Shown: positions 49,499 through 58,228, numbered from the stretch's first letter. The stretch: DNA of 64,000 nucleotides from Bacteroidales bacterium (GCA_031271175.1 JAISWE010000099.1:30639-94638), one strand, 5' to 3'. Made by a program: numbers and translations. The notes: generated by a model from the letters alone, not told the origin.

Positions 49499-50884
49499 TC
49501 ATTGTATAGTTAATTTGCGAATACATTTGTTGCCGCGGTCGGCGATATAGATAGTGCCGTCACGCCTGTCTATGGCCAGCCCCCAGGGAGCGTTGAACAT
49601 GGCGTCGTCCGGATTGCCATCCCGAAGATCGGCTTTGCCGGCAATGCCTACGATGGTTGTTACTATGCCTTCGGGGGATATCTGCCGGATACAATGGTTT
49701 CCCTGTTCGGCAATGACCAGATTGCCTTCGTTATCCAACACCATTTGCCGAGGCTGCCTGAACAGCGCCTCTTCCCTGCCACCGTCCTTCCATCCCGCTT
49801 CTCCCGATTTTCCCGCATATACGCCGGTTTCGCCCGTCAGTACGTCAAAATAATGAATACAGTGCTGACTGGTGCTGGCGCAGTACATCCTGGACTTGTT
49901 CACCGGATCGAAGACAAGGTAGGTGTCGCTATTGAGCGGATTACACTGGTCTTTCAAACCGTCTCCATCCACATCCATTGATTCGCCTATGCGCGTTTTC
50001 GGATTGAACCTGATCAGGTAACCGTCGCGGTTGGAACGGAAATAAATCATGCCGTCCAAGCTGCATATCGCAAATGAGTGCTTAAACTGGTTGACGGTAA
50101 AGTCCAGCATACCAGAGGCAATATCATTTGCGGTGGGATGCAGTACTTTTCTGGTTCGCGGCGCCCACTGGAGTTCAGGGTCGAATTCGAAATACGTGTC
50201 GAGATAAGTACTGCCTCCGTCCGCCGGAACAAGAATGACTTTTCCCTCCATATCCGTGCTTGGCGCATTGGGTTTGTTGGGACATGCAAACAGCTGCGTC
50301 ACCGTGCGGTTTTGCTGGTCGATCAGCAGTACTGCGGACGTGGATTCGTGGGCAAGGAACAAATTCCCTTCGTTGTCTATCGTCAGGTAATTGGGATTGT
50401 TAAAGGTGGCTTCACCGAAAGAACCGGTTTTGAGAGCGGTTGTTCCCTTTTGCCCGACAATGGTTTCCACTAATCTGTTGGTATGGTACACATATTTTTG
50501 GCTAAAGACACTGGAGTCGTTGCCTATTACCAATGAAATCACGCAGGTGTCTCCGGGCTGTCGCGGCGTAATCGCCAGCACCCTTCCGTTACTGCATCCT
50601 ACCACAGGAGCGGCTTTGTGGTTGAAATATACTTTAACGGCTTTGGGATCGTTACCCAGGTTTTCGCCTTTCAGAATTACCTGCGTGGCCATTCCTCCTT
50701 CAACAGGCGTGAAGGACTCTCGCAGGACAGCCTGTCCCGGATCGTAGGACGGCGTATTGTCGGTTTTGGAACTTGTCGATTCTTCGCATGAAATGAGATA
50801 GAACAGACAGAAAGCACACATCAAGCGGCTTCCCTTGCTTAGTATTGCTTTTTTTACTTTTTTTTGAAATCTAATTCGGTTCAT
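49499..50884 (-). CDS. IPT/TIG domain plus NHL-repeat beta-propeller lipoprotein (first gene of this PUL)
   Basis: Lipobox FYLISCEE. FTPVEGGMATQVILKGENLGNDPKAVKVYFN (IPT/TIG). NHL-type repeats such as LVIAEQGNHCIRQISPEG and IYIADRGNKCIRKLT. Confidence 0.8.
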   Translation of the reverse strand: MNRIRFQKKVKKAILSKGSRLMCAFCLFYLISCEESTSSKTDNTPSYDPGQAVLRESFTPVEGGMATQVILKGENLGNDPKAVKVYFNHKAAPVVGCSNGRVLAITPRQPGDTCVISLVIGNDSSVFSQKYVYHTNRLVETIVGQKGTTALKTGSFGEATFNNPNYLTIDNEGNLFLAHESTSAVLLIDQQNRTVTQLFACPNKPNAPSTDMEGKVILVPADGGSTYLDTYFEFDPELQWAPRTRKVLHPTANDIASGMLDFTVNQFKHSFAICSLDGMIYFRSNRDGYLIRFNPKTRIGESMDVDGDGLKDQCNPLNSDTYLVFDPVNKSRMYCASTSQHCIHYFDVLTGETGVYAGKSGEAGWKDGGREEALFRQPRQMVLDNEGNLVIAEQGNHCIRQISPEGIVTTIVGIAGKADLRDGNPDDAMFNAPWGLAIDRRDGTIYIADRGNKCIRKLTIQ

Positions 50885-51137
50885 ATTACTTATATTTATT
50901 AGGTTACATATTTATTGATTTACTTATATTTATTGATTATAAAAATTATCACATGATTATACGATTATATCTTTTTCTCTTTTCTCTTTTTCTCGAGCGC
51001 AGTCAAATTTTTCGTCTGAAACGATATTTTTCCGCCTTTTGTCGCATTTCGTCATGAAGGTAAACATGGAATATGCGGCAGTTGAACGGAAAGGCCTCGC
51101 CGAAAGGAAACTCCCTTTTATTCTTTATTGTTTTTTC

Positions 51138-51175
51138 TCCTCCTCCCGTATCCTTACATGGATACGGGAGGAGGA
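51138..51175. other. perfect 16-bp GC-rich hairpin in the PUL leader
   Basis: tcctcctcccgtatcc-ttacat-ggatacgggaggagga. T6 lies directly 5' on the plus strand and there is no U-tract on the minus (operon) strand. The loop holds the ATG-TAA end of the R-derived mini-ORF. Confidence 0.85.
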
Positions 51176-51285
51176 AACAAGCTATACTTACCCTTTGCGG
51201 TGATTACTACCACGCGAAAAGTACCCTTTGCGGTGATGTCCGAAAGTGAGACAATCCTACTTATATTTCTTACCCTTACTTTCAT
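51154..51285 (-). other. 43-codon mini-ORF started by the R-module ATG (coding status doubtful)
   Basis: MKVRVRNISRIVSLSDITAKGTFRVVVITAKGKYSLFPPPVSM*. Its first ~21 codons are homologous to the N-terminus of the chimeric sulfatase. Confidence 0.2.
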
Positions 51286-51582
51286 AAAACTCTAATTTTC
51301 ATTAACAAAAGCACATTTACTTATTCATTGCTTGCTGCTTGCTGAAACGATTTTTCAACGACAAAGATAAATACTATTTTTTTATTTTGCAAGAAAAAAT
51401 TCATAAAAATTCTTAAATTTTGAGAGTTATTTTATAACTATTTGAAAATCAATGTATATCTTGCATAAAAATTTTTGCTTGACTGGATGAGATGCGTGAA
51501 ATCTTGCAGCTGAAAAAGACGGGGCCACAGAAAGCCACCGAGAGCGCCGATAGGTTTCATTTATTATTATGGTAATATATCA
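51198..51582 (-). repeat. repeat module R, copy 2 (upstream of the IPT/NHL-SusC PUL)
   Basis: Aligns with 40461-40852. It lies 314-698 nt upstream of the 50884 start codon. Confidence 0.85.
51362..51369 (-). promoter_or_regulatory. candidate -7 box (TAnnTTTG, minus strand) inside R copy 2
   Basis: Plus-strand caaagata is TATCTTTG on the minus strand, at the same position as the box in R copy 1. Confidence 0.35.
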
Positions 51583-51617
51583 GTAGTGTCTGCCCGAAAA
51601 CAATCACATCGTCAAGC

Positions 51618-51666
51618 AAGTCCCGCAGGGACGACACTTTATTAACCGAATGCTTTAGCTTACGGA
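51618..51666. repeat. REP-like hairpin repeat, unit 1
   Basis: aagtcccgcagggacgacactttattaaccgaatgctttagcttacgga contains the GTCCC-GCA-GGGAC hairpin. It is repeated at 51697-51745 with 3 substitutions. Confidence 0.8.
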
Positions 51667-51696
51667 CGAGCAATCACGGGCACTGTCTAACACGCT

Positions 51697-51745
51697 AAGT
51701 CCCGCAGGGACGATACTTTATTAACCGTATGCTTCAGCTTACGGA
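51697..51745. repeat. REP-like hairpin repeat, unit 2
   Basis: aagtcccgcagggacgatactttattaaccgtatgcttcagcttacgga. Confidence 0.8.
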
Positions 51746-51811
51746 TTTTAGCTTACCGTTGGTTAGTAGTCCCAGCATATTTCCGCGTATGCAGAAGAGA
51801 CGCCACCCGCC

Positions 51812-51842
51812 ACACCTTCCGTCCCGTAGGGACAGAAGGTGT
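51812..51842. repeat. related extended hairpin (GTCCC-GTA-GGGAC core)
   Basis: acaccttc-c-gtccc-gta-gggac-a-gaaggtgt gives 13 pairs with one internal mismatch. Confidence 0.7.
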
Positions 51843-51893
51843 TACAAGGGGTGACATGTCGTCATTGTGAGGTCGAAGGCATGAGCCGGCAAA

Positions 51894-51922
51894 CCCGTCA
51901 TTTTTCACATCCCACTGACGGG
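51894..51922 (-). terminator. weak hairpin 10 nt downstream of the 51932 gene stop
   Basis: cccgtca / tgacggg form a 7-bp stem with a 15-nt loop. On the minus strand only TTTG follows. Confidence 0.25.
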
Positions 51923-51931
51923 CTTATCGCC

Positions 51932-52267
51932 TCACTGTACAATGGCCTTAGCTACATACTGCTTTTTGGTGCCGTCTTCCGCAGTCACCGTATAGGTGAC
52001 GCCGCCGGAAAAGAAGTCCTGAGCCACGCCCGATCCAGGACTGATGGTAGCTTTGTCCGAAACCGTAATAGTGGGCGTCAGGGGCGTCTGCGCGTCGGTT
52101 TTTCCAAAGTAGCAGATAATATTCCCCTCGGTTATCTGCCACGAGGTGTCGTCCACCTTGAACGAAAGAATATCACACGCGGAACTCTTGTCCGAACCCT
52201 TATCGCAGGAAACAATCCCTATCGTAACCACCAACAATACAACATTCACTAATCTTAAAATCTTCAT
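51932..52267 (-). CDS. small lipoprotein consisting of one DUF5018-like beta-sandwich domain
   Basis: MKILRLVNVVLLVVTIGIVSCDK lipobox. ILSFKVDD..W.I...I...TPTITVSDKATISPGSGVAQDFFSGGVTYTVTAEDGTKKQYVAKAIV has the same pattern as three internal domains of the upstream giant protein. Confidence 0.7.
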   Translation of the reverse strand: MKILRLVNVVLLVVTIGIVSCDKGSDKSSACDILSFKVDDTSWQITEGNIICYFGKTDAQTPLTPTITVSDKATISPGSGVAQDFFSGGVTYTVTAEDGTKKQYVAKAIVQ

Positions 52268-52285
52268 CGTACTATTTTTTATCAA

Positions 52286-55200
52286 TTATTTTACTGAAAG
52301 TTTAACCACTTTTTCAACGCCGTTTTTCGCTATCTTCACAAGGTATGTACCTTTGGGCAAATGGCTTACGGAAATATCCTCCTTCGGGTTGGATGCTTTG
52401 CTTTGCAGCCAGCGGCGACCGTTGATGTCAAAGAAAGTGATCACTTCTCCCCCTTCAAGTCCGCTAACGGACACCACGTCCGTAACCGGATTGGGATATA
52501 CCTTCAAATCCGCCCATTCGGTATCGCCTATCCCCGAAATCGGATTCCAGATAGCGTACAGCGTCAGGTCTCCGTCCGTATGATACGGCGTAGTAGCGGC
52601 ATATTGCTCACCGCCGTCGTTGAAAGAGTCTGACCATCCGCCGAACTCCCAGTAACCCTCTCGGCTCAATACAGGCAGTTCGCCCACCGCATCGCCATAG
52701 ACCACTTGCCGGCTTTCGGGATGCGCAACGCCCTGTGCATGAGAATTGAAACTCAATGTGTAGGTGTTGATCGACCACTGGGCATACAGGGTAGTGTCGC
52801 TGTAAAATTGATACACCGTGGTCTCATCGAAGAAGTCGCCTGTACCGTCCAGCTCGAGGTTCCATCCTGTAAAGGTATAACCGGATTTTACGGGGGTAGG
52901 CAACGGCCCTATCGGCTCGCGCTGAGTAACGGCTATGACGGCGCTGGCGTCTTCGGGCAATGTCCCGCTGTTGGGATCAAGATCCACCTCAAAGTTGAAA
53001 GCTTCGATCTCCGCCGATACGGTATATACCTTTGTGCTTCCGTTTCCTGCCGTTACCGTGATGGTCAGCGGGCCAGATGCAAAGTCATGCGTAGCGCCGC
53101 TTGCAAAATCTGCCGTAGCGTTGATGTCGTTCAGTGCATATACTACGGCAAATTCACCCAGATCGCCCACTTCCCTGGGCAACGTAACCGACACCTCGTT
53201 CCCGTTGATCTCGGTAACATAACCGGCGACGGTCAAGGTATAGAGATTGTTGTCCGCACTGAGGGACTGTTGCGGCGCACCGAGGCCATAATCATAGTAT
53301 GCGCTTGCATCGGTCAGGTATTGGGCGATATTTTTCAGCAGTTTCACCGTGTTGGTGTTGAACTTCGCATACGAGTTGCCTTCAAGGCTCAATCCCAGCA
53401 TCAGGTACTTGGCTGCATTGTTCAAATTGACTTCATGCAACTGAATACCTGTCGTATTATAGGTGGCAATCACGTGATTGGCTGCCTGCAATGTCGCGTC
53501 GAAATTGGTGCCCGTCAAGTCGGCAGCATACTGGATGCCGTTGTCAGCCGTAGTAGGTTCACCGTAATAAGTAAGGTCATCGCCCGTAAAGCTTACGCCT
53601 TCAAAAATATTATGGTTCTGCAACGCTGCCGGAACCTGGGCTGTTATCGCACCAGTCCCTGCATTGCCGGGATTGGTAGTTGACCAGCTCCACCTTCCGT
53701 TATTGTAGAAAAATGCTTTCAGGTTCAATATCGGTTTCACGCCCACCAAATTCCGCAACGCCCAAGCCGTAGCATTGCTGCCGCCCACGCTGGGATGTGC
53801 CACAATCAGGTCATAGGGCGCGAAAAATGCCGCTATGTCGTCAGGCGCGGTGGCGGGCGCCTCAACATAGGTCACGTCGTAATCCACGAACGCCGACAGC
53901 AGTTTGTCGTCATTCGGAGAGCCGGCGCCGGTGGTGGCTGCAGTATTCAGAATGGCAATTTTTTTCTTGGGTGCGCCGTCGCCTACTTTCACAAAAATGG
54001 TGTAGGTTTTCACGTCGCCGTTTCCTGCCGTTACGTTGATGAGCAACGGGCCGTCCGCAAAGTCGTACTGAGTACCGCTCACAAAGTCTGCCGTTGCTTT
54101 AGCGGGGTCTCCCAGCGCAAAGGTCACGGCATATTCGTCAACGGCGTCCAAAGTAACCGCCGCCATGCCCGACGTATGGCTGATGTCTGCCAGGATGCCG
54201 TTAATACTCAGTGACTGGATGGTGTTGTCCGTCGGTATGCCCACAGGGGTGTTGGTAGTGTAATCATAGTATCCGTCGGGGTTGAGCAGGTACATCACCG
54301 CGTTTTGCAACAACCTCACCGTATTGTCGGATAAAAGGGCAAAAGCCTTGAGTTCCTGACTGACGCCCAACAACAAGTATTTGGCGGCATTGTTGCCCAG
54401 ATTGATTTCATGCGTCTGCACCAAGCTGTTGTACGTAGCCAGCGCATTATTGGAGGCGTTCCATGAGGCATCCCAACGCGTACCGGCGAAAGGCAACACA
54501 TTGACTGTTTGGATATTGTTTACCGCAGGGGTCGGAGCAGCATATAAGGCCAACGACTCGCCCGAAAATTCCAACTTGTTGAAAATCGGATGATTTTGCA
54601 GGGCTGTCGCCACATTTACATCCGTTATGCCCGCTACCGTATTGGCAGGCGCAGTCCATCCCCACCGGTCGCTAGTACCGCTACCGCTCGTATAAACAAA
54701 CGGTTTCAGATTCAGTATGGCCTTTTTCCCTATCAGTCCGGCCAAAGCATAGAGATTGCTGTTTTGTCCGTTTACGGTAGGGTGCACCACAATCAAGTCA
54801 TAAGGCGCATAGAGCGCGGCGGTCTCATCCGCCGTCGGCTCATTCGCATGGCCCGTTGCTGTTCCGGCAGGCACAACAGTTACGTCGTAACCGTCAAGAA
54901 ACTGCATGAACCGTTGGTGGCTCGCCTCGTCATAATTAGCGTCGGTAGTCATGTCGGCGGGTAAAGCGGCAAGCATGGCGATTTTAAATTCGTCGGCAAC
55001 CGTCGCCGTTACCGTATAGATTTTTTCTTCGCCGTTCTCCGCCGTTACCGTAAGGGTAAGCGGTACGTCTGTGGAAAAATCATACGTCGCGCCGCTGGAG
55101 AAATTTGCGGTAGCAAGAGCGTCAGTCAGGGTAAAATCTACTTTCCATGTACCCAGCGGCCCCTGTATCTTGGTGAAAGCAACGGTAATGTCGCCCGTCA

Positions 55201-57928
55201 GATCGTTGATCTGCGCCTTTACGTCATTGATCTTCAACTCGCTGATGGTGTTCACCGCAGAAGCATTCGGATCGTCGTTATTCACAAGTTCCAAATTGGC
55301 AGCAAAATAAGCAAGACGATTTTGTTGTGTATTTCCAAATGTTTGAGGGTCTAAACCTGTATCCCCCAATTGATAAAGATCTTCTCCTGCCGTTGAAATA
55401 GTTACCCGTCTATACACGCGGAACGATTTGCTGCCTACAGGTGCAGGTACGTTGACAGCAGGCGCTCCGTTACGCACCGGCGGCAAACTAACCACTTCAT
55501 ATCCAACGATAGAATTTTCATCGAACGGTATTTTATCCGAAAACAATATCACCGGAGTAGGTATAGCAGTAGCACTTAATGAACTTCCGGTTCCGTTAAT
55601 AGTCACAGAGGCAATATTTTTCTTGACACTTTTCGCTGTGAGATTCGCTTCCAGATAATGGGCATCACCAGTAAAACGAACGTCGGGAACAACCGCTCCG
55701 GAACCATAATGCATATAAACGTTATTAGCGCCACTATTTACCGTAGCGCCGCCTTGCGCCGCAAATGTCATTTCATTGTCCGAATCCGGAAATACCGTAT
55801 AACTGGTTGTCGCGGCTACAAATGTTACGCCCGATACTGCTGGAGTGAGCTGTGAAACAGATGTAATAGTCCCTGTCGCATTTATGGGTACGATAAGGTT
55901 GCTACCCGACGCCAACGCATAACCGTCGCAATTCAAGCCTATATCTGCTACGCTTGCCGTAAACGAATAGGTGCCTGCCACGAAACTCCATTCCGTACCG
56001 GTGGTGGTTCCATGCGCGTTAATGGCATCCACCCGCCAGTAGTAGGTGGCGCCCATTGTGAAGGGCGTTGAGGGGGTATAGGTGAAAGAGGTAGCCGTGA
56101 TGGGAGCGTCTCCGCTCACTTTGCTTAGCGCGCCGCTGGTTTCACCCGCATACACCTCGTATGTAACCGGTTGGCTCCATGTTCCCGTTTCGTTTGTCCA
56201 CGAAAAATCCACTGAGGTGTAGAAACGCGTAGTAGCGCCGTTCTCCGGCGCCGGTTCGGTACATGCCAGCGGCACGCCGGCAGTACCTTCGGTGCTCACT
56301 TTCAGCGCTTCGGACAGCGCGGATGTTATGCCGCTTTTGCGGGTCTCTAAACGAAACCAGTAGAATGTTTCCTGATTCAATCCAGTTACCTGAAATGAGG
56401 TAGCGCTAGCGCTCAACGTCTGGTGACCGGTAAAGATCACGCCGTCTGTTGAGATCTGCAACACGATATCGTCTGCGTCCGGCTGGTTGTTTTTCCACGT
56501 CAAATCAATCGACGTTGTGGTGCGGGCAGTCCATTTCAAATCGTATGCGCTACGCACGTACGGTGCTCCCGCGGGTGCGTTGATGCTGTTGAGGTAGTTT
56601 TCGATGTTCAGGTATCCGCCTGTCCCGGCCTGCAACGCATCGCTCGCATCACTCGGGTTCAAACCGTTGGCGCTTTCCCATGCGTCCGGTATTCCGTCGT
56701 TGTCGGTATCTGGCGCTTTCTCTCCTTCGCTTACTACGCCCACATTATTGTAAATGCCGTTTTGGCTTTCGCCGCTGATGAAAGCGCCACCCGTACCGTA
56801 GGTTTGCAGTTGGTCAATCATATAGGCGTCCACTATGGAGCGTGCAGGCAAAGACGCGCCTGCGGAAGCGATCACGCTGGTAAGCGCGTCCTGCGGCGTA
56901 AGAATCGCGGCGTTCGGCGCGAGAAACGGTTTGGGGATGTCTCCGCAGGTTGCGCAGTTAGCGGCAGCAAATCCCGTTACGGAAGTCACCAATGTGGGAG
57001 CACTTCCGGCATGGGTGTTGGCATAATCTGCATCCACAGTGGCCACGCCGTCCAACGTGCCGTTTTTATCTCCATCCACGAAGTTGTTATTGCTGTTGGT
57101 GAACAGTTGGAAATTTTCTCTGGCGCGGGTAAAAGGCAAAGCGCCGCTGCCGGGTCCGGAAATAAAATAGTTCCCTTCCATCCATGCCCACGAGGGGCCG
57201 TCGGAATCGGCAAGTATATATCCGTTGCTGCCTTCCCAGTTGTACACCACATTGTTGATGAACTGGTTCAGTCCCTTGACTTTCGGGTTGCGCGTGGTAT
57301 TGTCTATGTACAGGCAACCGATGATGGAAACGCCGCCCGAGGTCTGTATCAGTCCGCCTGCAGAGTGCGACACCAGCCCCTGCCCGATGATGGAATGTTG
57401 CAGGGTGATATCGGTAGGTTCGGTACCTTTGTTGTCCCAACTGATCGAAAAAGTTTCATCTCTTCCCCATGCAAACGAGCAATGGTCGAATATCATGTTC
57501 TTGCCGTTGGCTACGCCTCCGGCGTCTTTGCCGGATTCGCCTTTTGTGCCCATATAAATGCGCAAATAGCGGACAATCAGGTTGTTCGCTCCGGAGAACG
57601 ACACGCCGTTTCCATAAATGATAACGCCGTCGCCCGGTGCGGTGTGTCCGGCAATATATGAATTGCCCGAGAACACAACGCGTGATTTAAGGTTGATGAC
57701 ACCGCTCACGTCAAAAACGACAATGCGTCCGGGCTGGCTCACAGCGTCGCGAAAAGAGCCTGCGCCCGCATCATCCAGATTGGTCACGTGATACACGCTG
57801 GGGGTCGTAACGCCGCGCGCACCCAATGTGTACCGCCCGAAACCTTCAGCTCCGGGAAACGCTAACTGCTGTGCCGAAATCCATGCACATGTGCAGACAA
57901 ACAATAACGTAAATAATAATTTTTTCAT
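52286..57928 (-). CDS. 1880-aa T9SS-secreted multidomain pectate lyase (PL1-like) with FN3 domains, duplicated unknown modules, Listeria-Bacteroides repeats and a type A CTD
   Basis: Signal MKKLLFTLLFVCTCAWISAQ. AFPGAEGFGRYTLGARG...NLIVRYLRI...IDNTTRNPKVKG (pectate-lyase beta-helix, R-x-P). DTDNDGIPDAWE. FN3-like regions aa ~460-650. Two homologous ~320-aa modules (aa 893-1223 and 1235-1547). GYTFTGWN...LYAQW and WEFGGWSD...LYAIW (Listeria-Bacteroides repeat). VYPNPVTDVVSVSGL...GTYLVKIAKNGVEKVVKLSVK (T9SS CTD). Confidence 0.88.
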   Translation of the reverse strand: MKKLLFTLLFVCTCAWISAQQLAFPGAEGFGRYTLGARGVTTPSVYHVTNLDDAGAGSFRDAVSQPGRIVVFDVSGVINLKSRVVFSGNSYIAGHTAPGDGVIIYGNGVSFSGANNLIVRYLRIYMGTKGESGKDAGGVANGKNMIFDHCSFAWGRDETFSISWDNKGTEPTDITLQHSIIGQGLVSHSAGGLIQTSGGVSIIGCLYIDNTTRNPKVKGLNQFINNVVYNWEGSNGYILADSDGPSWAWMEGNYFISGPGSGALPFTRARENFQLFTNSNNNFVDGDKNGTLDGVATVDADYANTHAGSAPTLVTSVTGFAAANCATCGDIPKPFLAPNAAILTPQDALTSVIASAGASLPARSIVDAYMIDQLQTYGTGGAFISGESQNGIYNNVGVVSEGEKAPDTDNDGIPDAWESANGLNPSDASDALQAGTGGYLNIENYLNSINAPAGAPYVRSAYDLKWTARTTTSIDLTWKNNQPDADDIVLQISTDGVIFTGHQTLSASATSFQVTGLNQETFYWFRLETRKSGITSALSEALKVSTEGTAGVPLACTEPAPENGATTRFYTSVDFSWTNETGTWSQPVTYEVYAGETSGALSKVSGDAPITATSFTYTPSTPFTMGATYYWRVDAINAHGTTTGTEWSFVAGTYSFTASVADIGLNCDGYALASGSNLIVPINATGTITSVSQLTPAVSGVTFVAATTSYTVFPDSDNEMTFAAQGGATVNSGANNVYMHYGSGAVVPDVRFTGDAHYLEANLTAKSVKKNIASVTINGTGSSLSATAIPTPVILFSDKIPFDENSIVGYEVVSLPPVRNGAPAVNVPAPVGSKSFRVYRRVTISTAGEDLYQLGDTGLDPQTFGNTQQNRLAYFAANLELVNNDDPNASAVNTISELKINDVKAQINDLTGDITVAFTKIQGPLGTWKVDFTLTDALATANFSSGATYDFSTDVPLTLTVTAENGEEKIYTVTATVADEFKIAMLAALPADMTTDANYDEASHQRFMQFLDGYDVTVVPAGTATGHANEPTADETAALYAPYDLIVVHPTVNGQNSNLYALAGLIGKKAILNLKPFVYTSGSGTSDRWGWTAPANTVAGITDVNVATALQNHPIFNKLEFSGESLALYAAPTPAVNNIQTVNVLPFAGTRWDASWNASNNALATYNSLVQTHEINLGNNAAKYLLLGVSQELKAFALLSDNTVRLLQNAVMYLLNPDGYYDYTTNTPVGIPTDNTIQSLSINGILADISHTSGMAAVTLDAVDEYAVTFALGDPAKATADFVSGTQYDFADGPLLINVTAGNGDVKTYTIFVKVGDGAPKKKIAILNTAATTGAGSPNDDKLLSAFVDYDVTYVEAPATAPDDIAAFFAPYDLIVAHPSVGGSNATAWALRNLVGVKPILNLKAFFYNNGRWSWSTTNPGNAGTGAITAQVPAALQNHNIFEGVSFTGDDLTYYGEPTTADNGIQYAADLTGTNFDATLQAANHVIATYNTTGIQLHEVNLNNAAKYLMLGLSLEGNSYAKFNTNTVKLLKNIAQYLTDASAYYDYGLGAPQQSLSADNNLYTLTVAGYVTEINGNEVSVTLPREVGDLGEFAVVYALNDINATADFASGATHDFASGPLTITVTAGNGSTKVYTVSAEIEAFNFEVDLDPNSGTLPEDASAVIAVTQREPIGPLPTPVKSGYTFTGWNLELDGTGDFFDETTVYQFYSDTTLYAQWSINTYTLSFNSHAQGVAHPESRQVVYGDAVGELPVLSREGYWEFGGWSDSFNDGGEQYAATTPYHTDGDLTLYAIWNPISGIGDTEWADLKVYPNPVTDVVSVSGLEGGEVITFFDINGRRWLQSKASNPKEDISVSHLPKGTYLVKIAKNGVEKVVKLSVK

Positions 57929-57931
57929 ACA

Positions 57932-58228
57932 TTATAAACTTAAAAGGTTTTTTTTAACCGTATTTTCTCCTTTCCAGAAAAAATAACCATCGTGATTGAA
58001 AAGATGAGATAACTCTCCATTGCTCAGTTCTTGAGTCGGATAACCGTTAGGCGTCCAACGATACCCACAGGCATTGGTCAAACACACCTTGATGAAAGGT
58101 TGCGTTGTAGCTGCCGGTTTCCGTTTGTTCGCATTTTTGTTGTCCGGCCTTTCTTTTTCATATAAGGCGAACAGTACAAACACCACTACCTGAACTGTCA
58201 ATCGGTCGGAATTAAATCTATCTTCCAT
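57932..58228 (-). CDS. hypothetical small protein with one hydrophobic segment
   Basis: 98-aa ORF that fills the SusD-to-lyase gap. It ends 3 nt before the lyase ATG. LTVQVVVFVLFALY is a possible TM segment. No family recognised. Confidence 0.4.
   Translation of the reverse strand: MEDRFNSDRLTVQVVVFVLFALYEKERPDNKNANKRKPAATTQPFIKVCLTNACGYRWTPNGYPTQELSNGELSHLFNHDGYFFWKGENTVKKNLLSL

Noticed and set aside
51618-51842. tRNA or tRNA-like gene in the hairpin cluster
   Set aside because: The stems are 5 bp with 3-nt loops. There is no cloverleaf, no T-loop GTTCRA motif and no anticodon arm.
51839-52252. 137-aa plus-strand ORF
   Set aside because: It is antisense to the small lipoprotein gene, which has a lipobox and a domain homologous to the neighbouring lyase.
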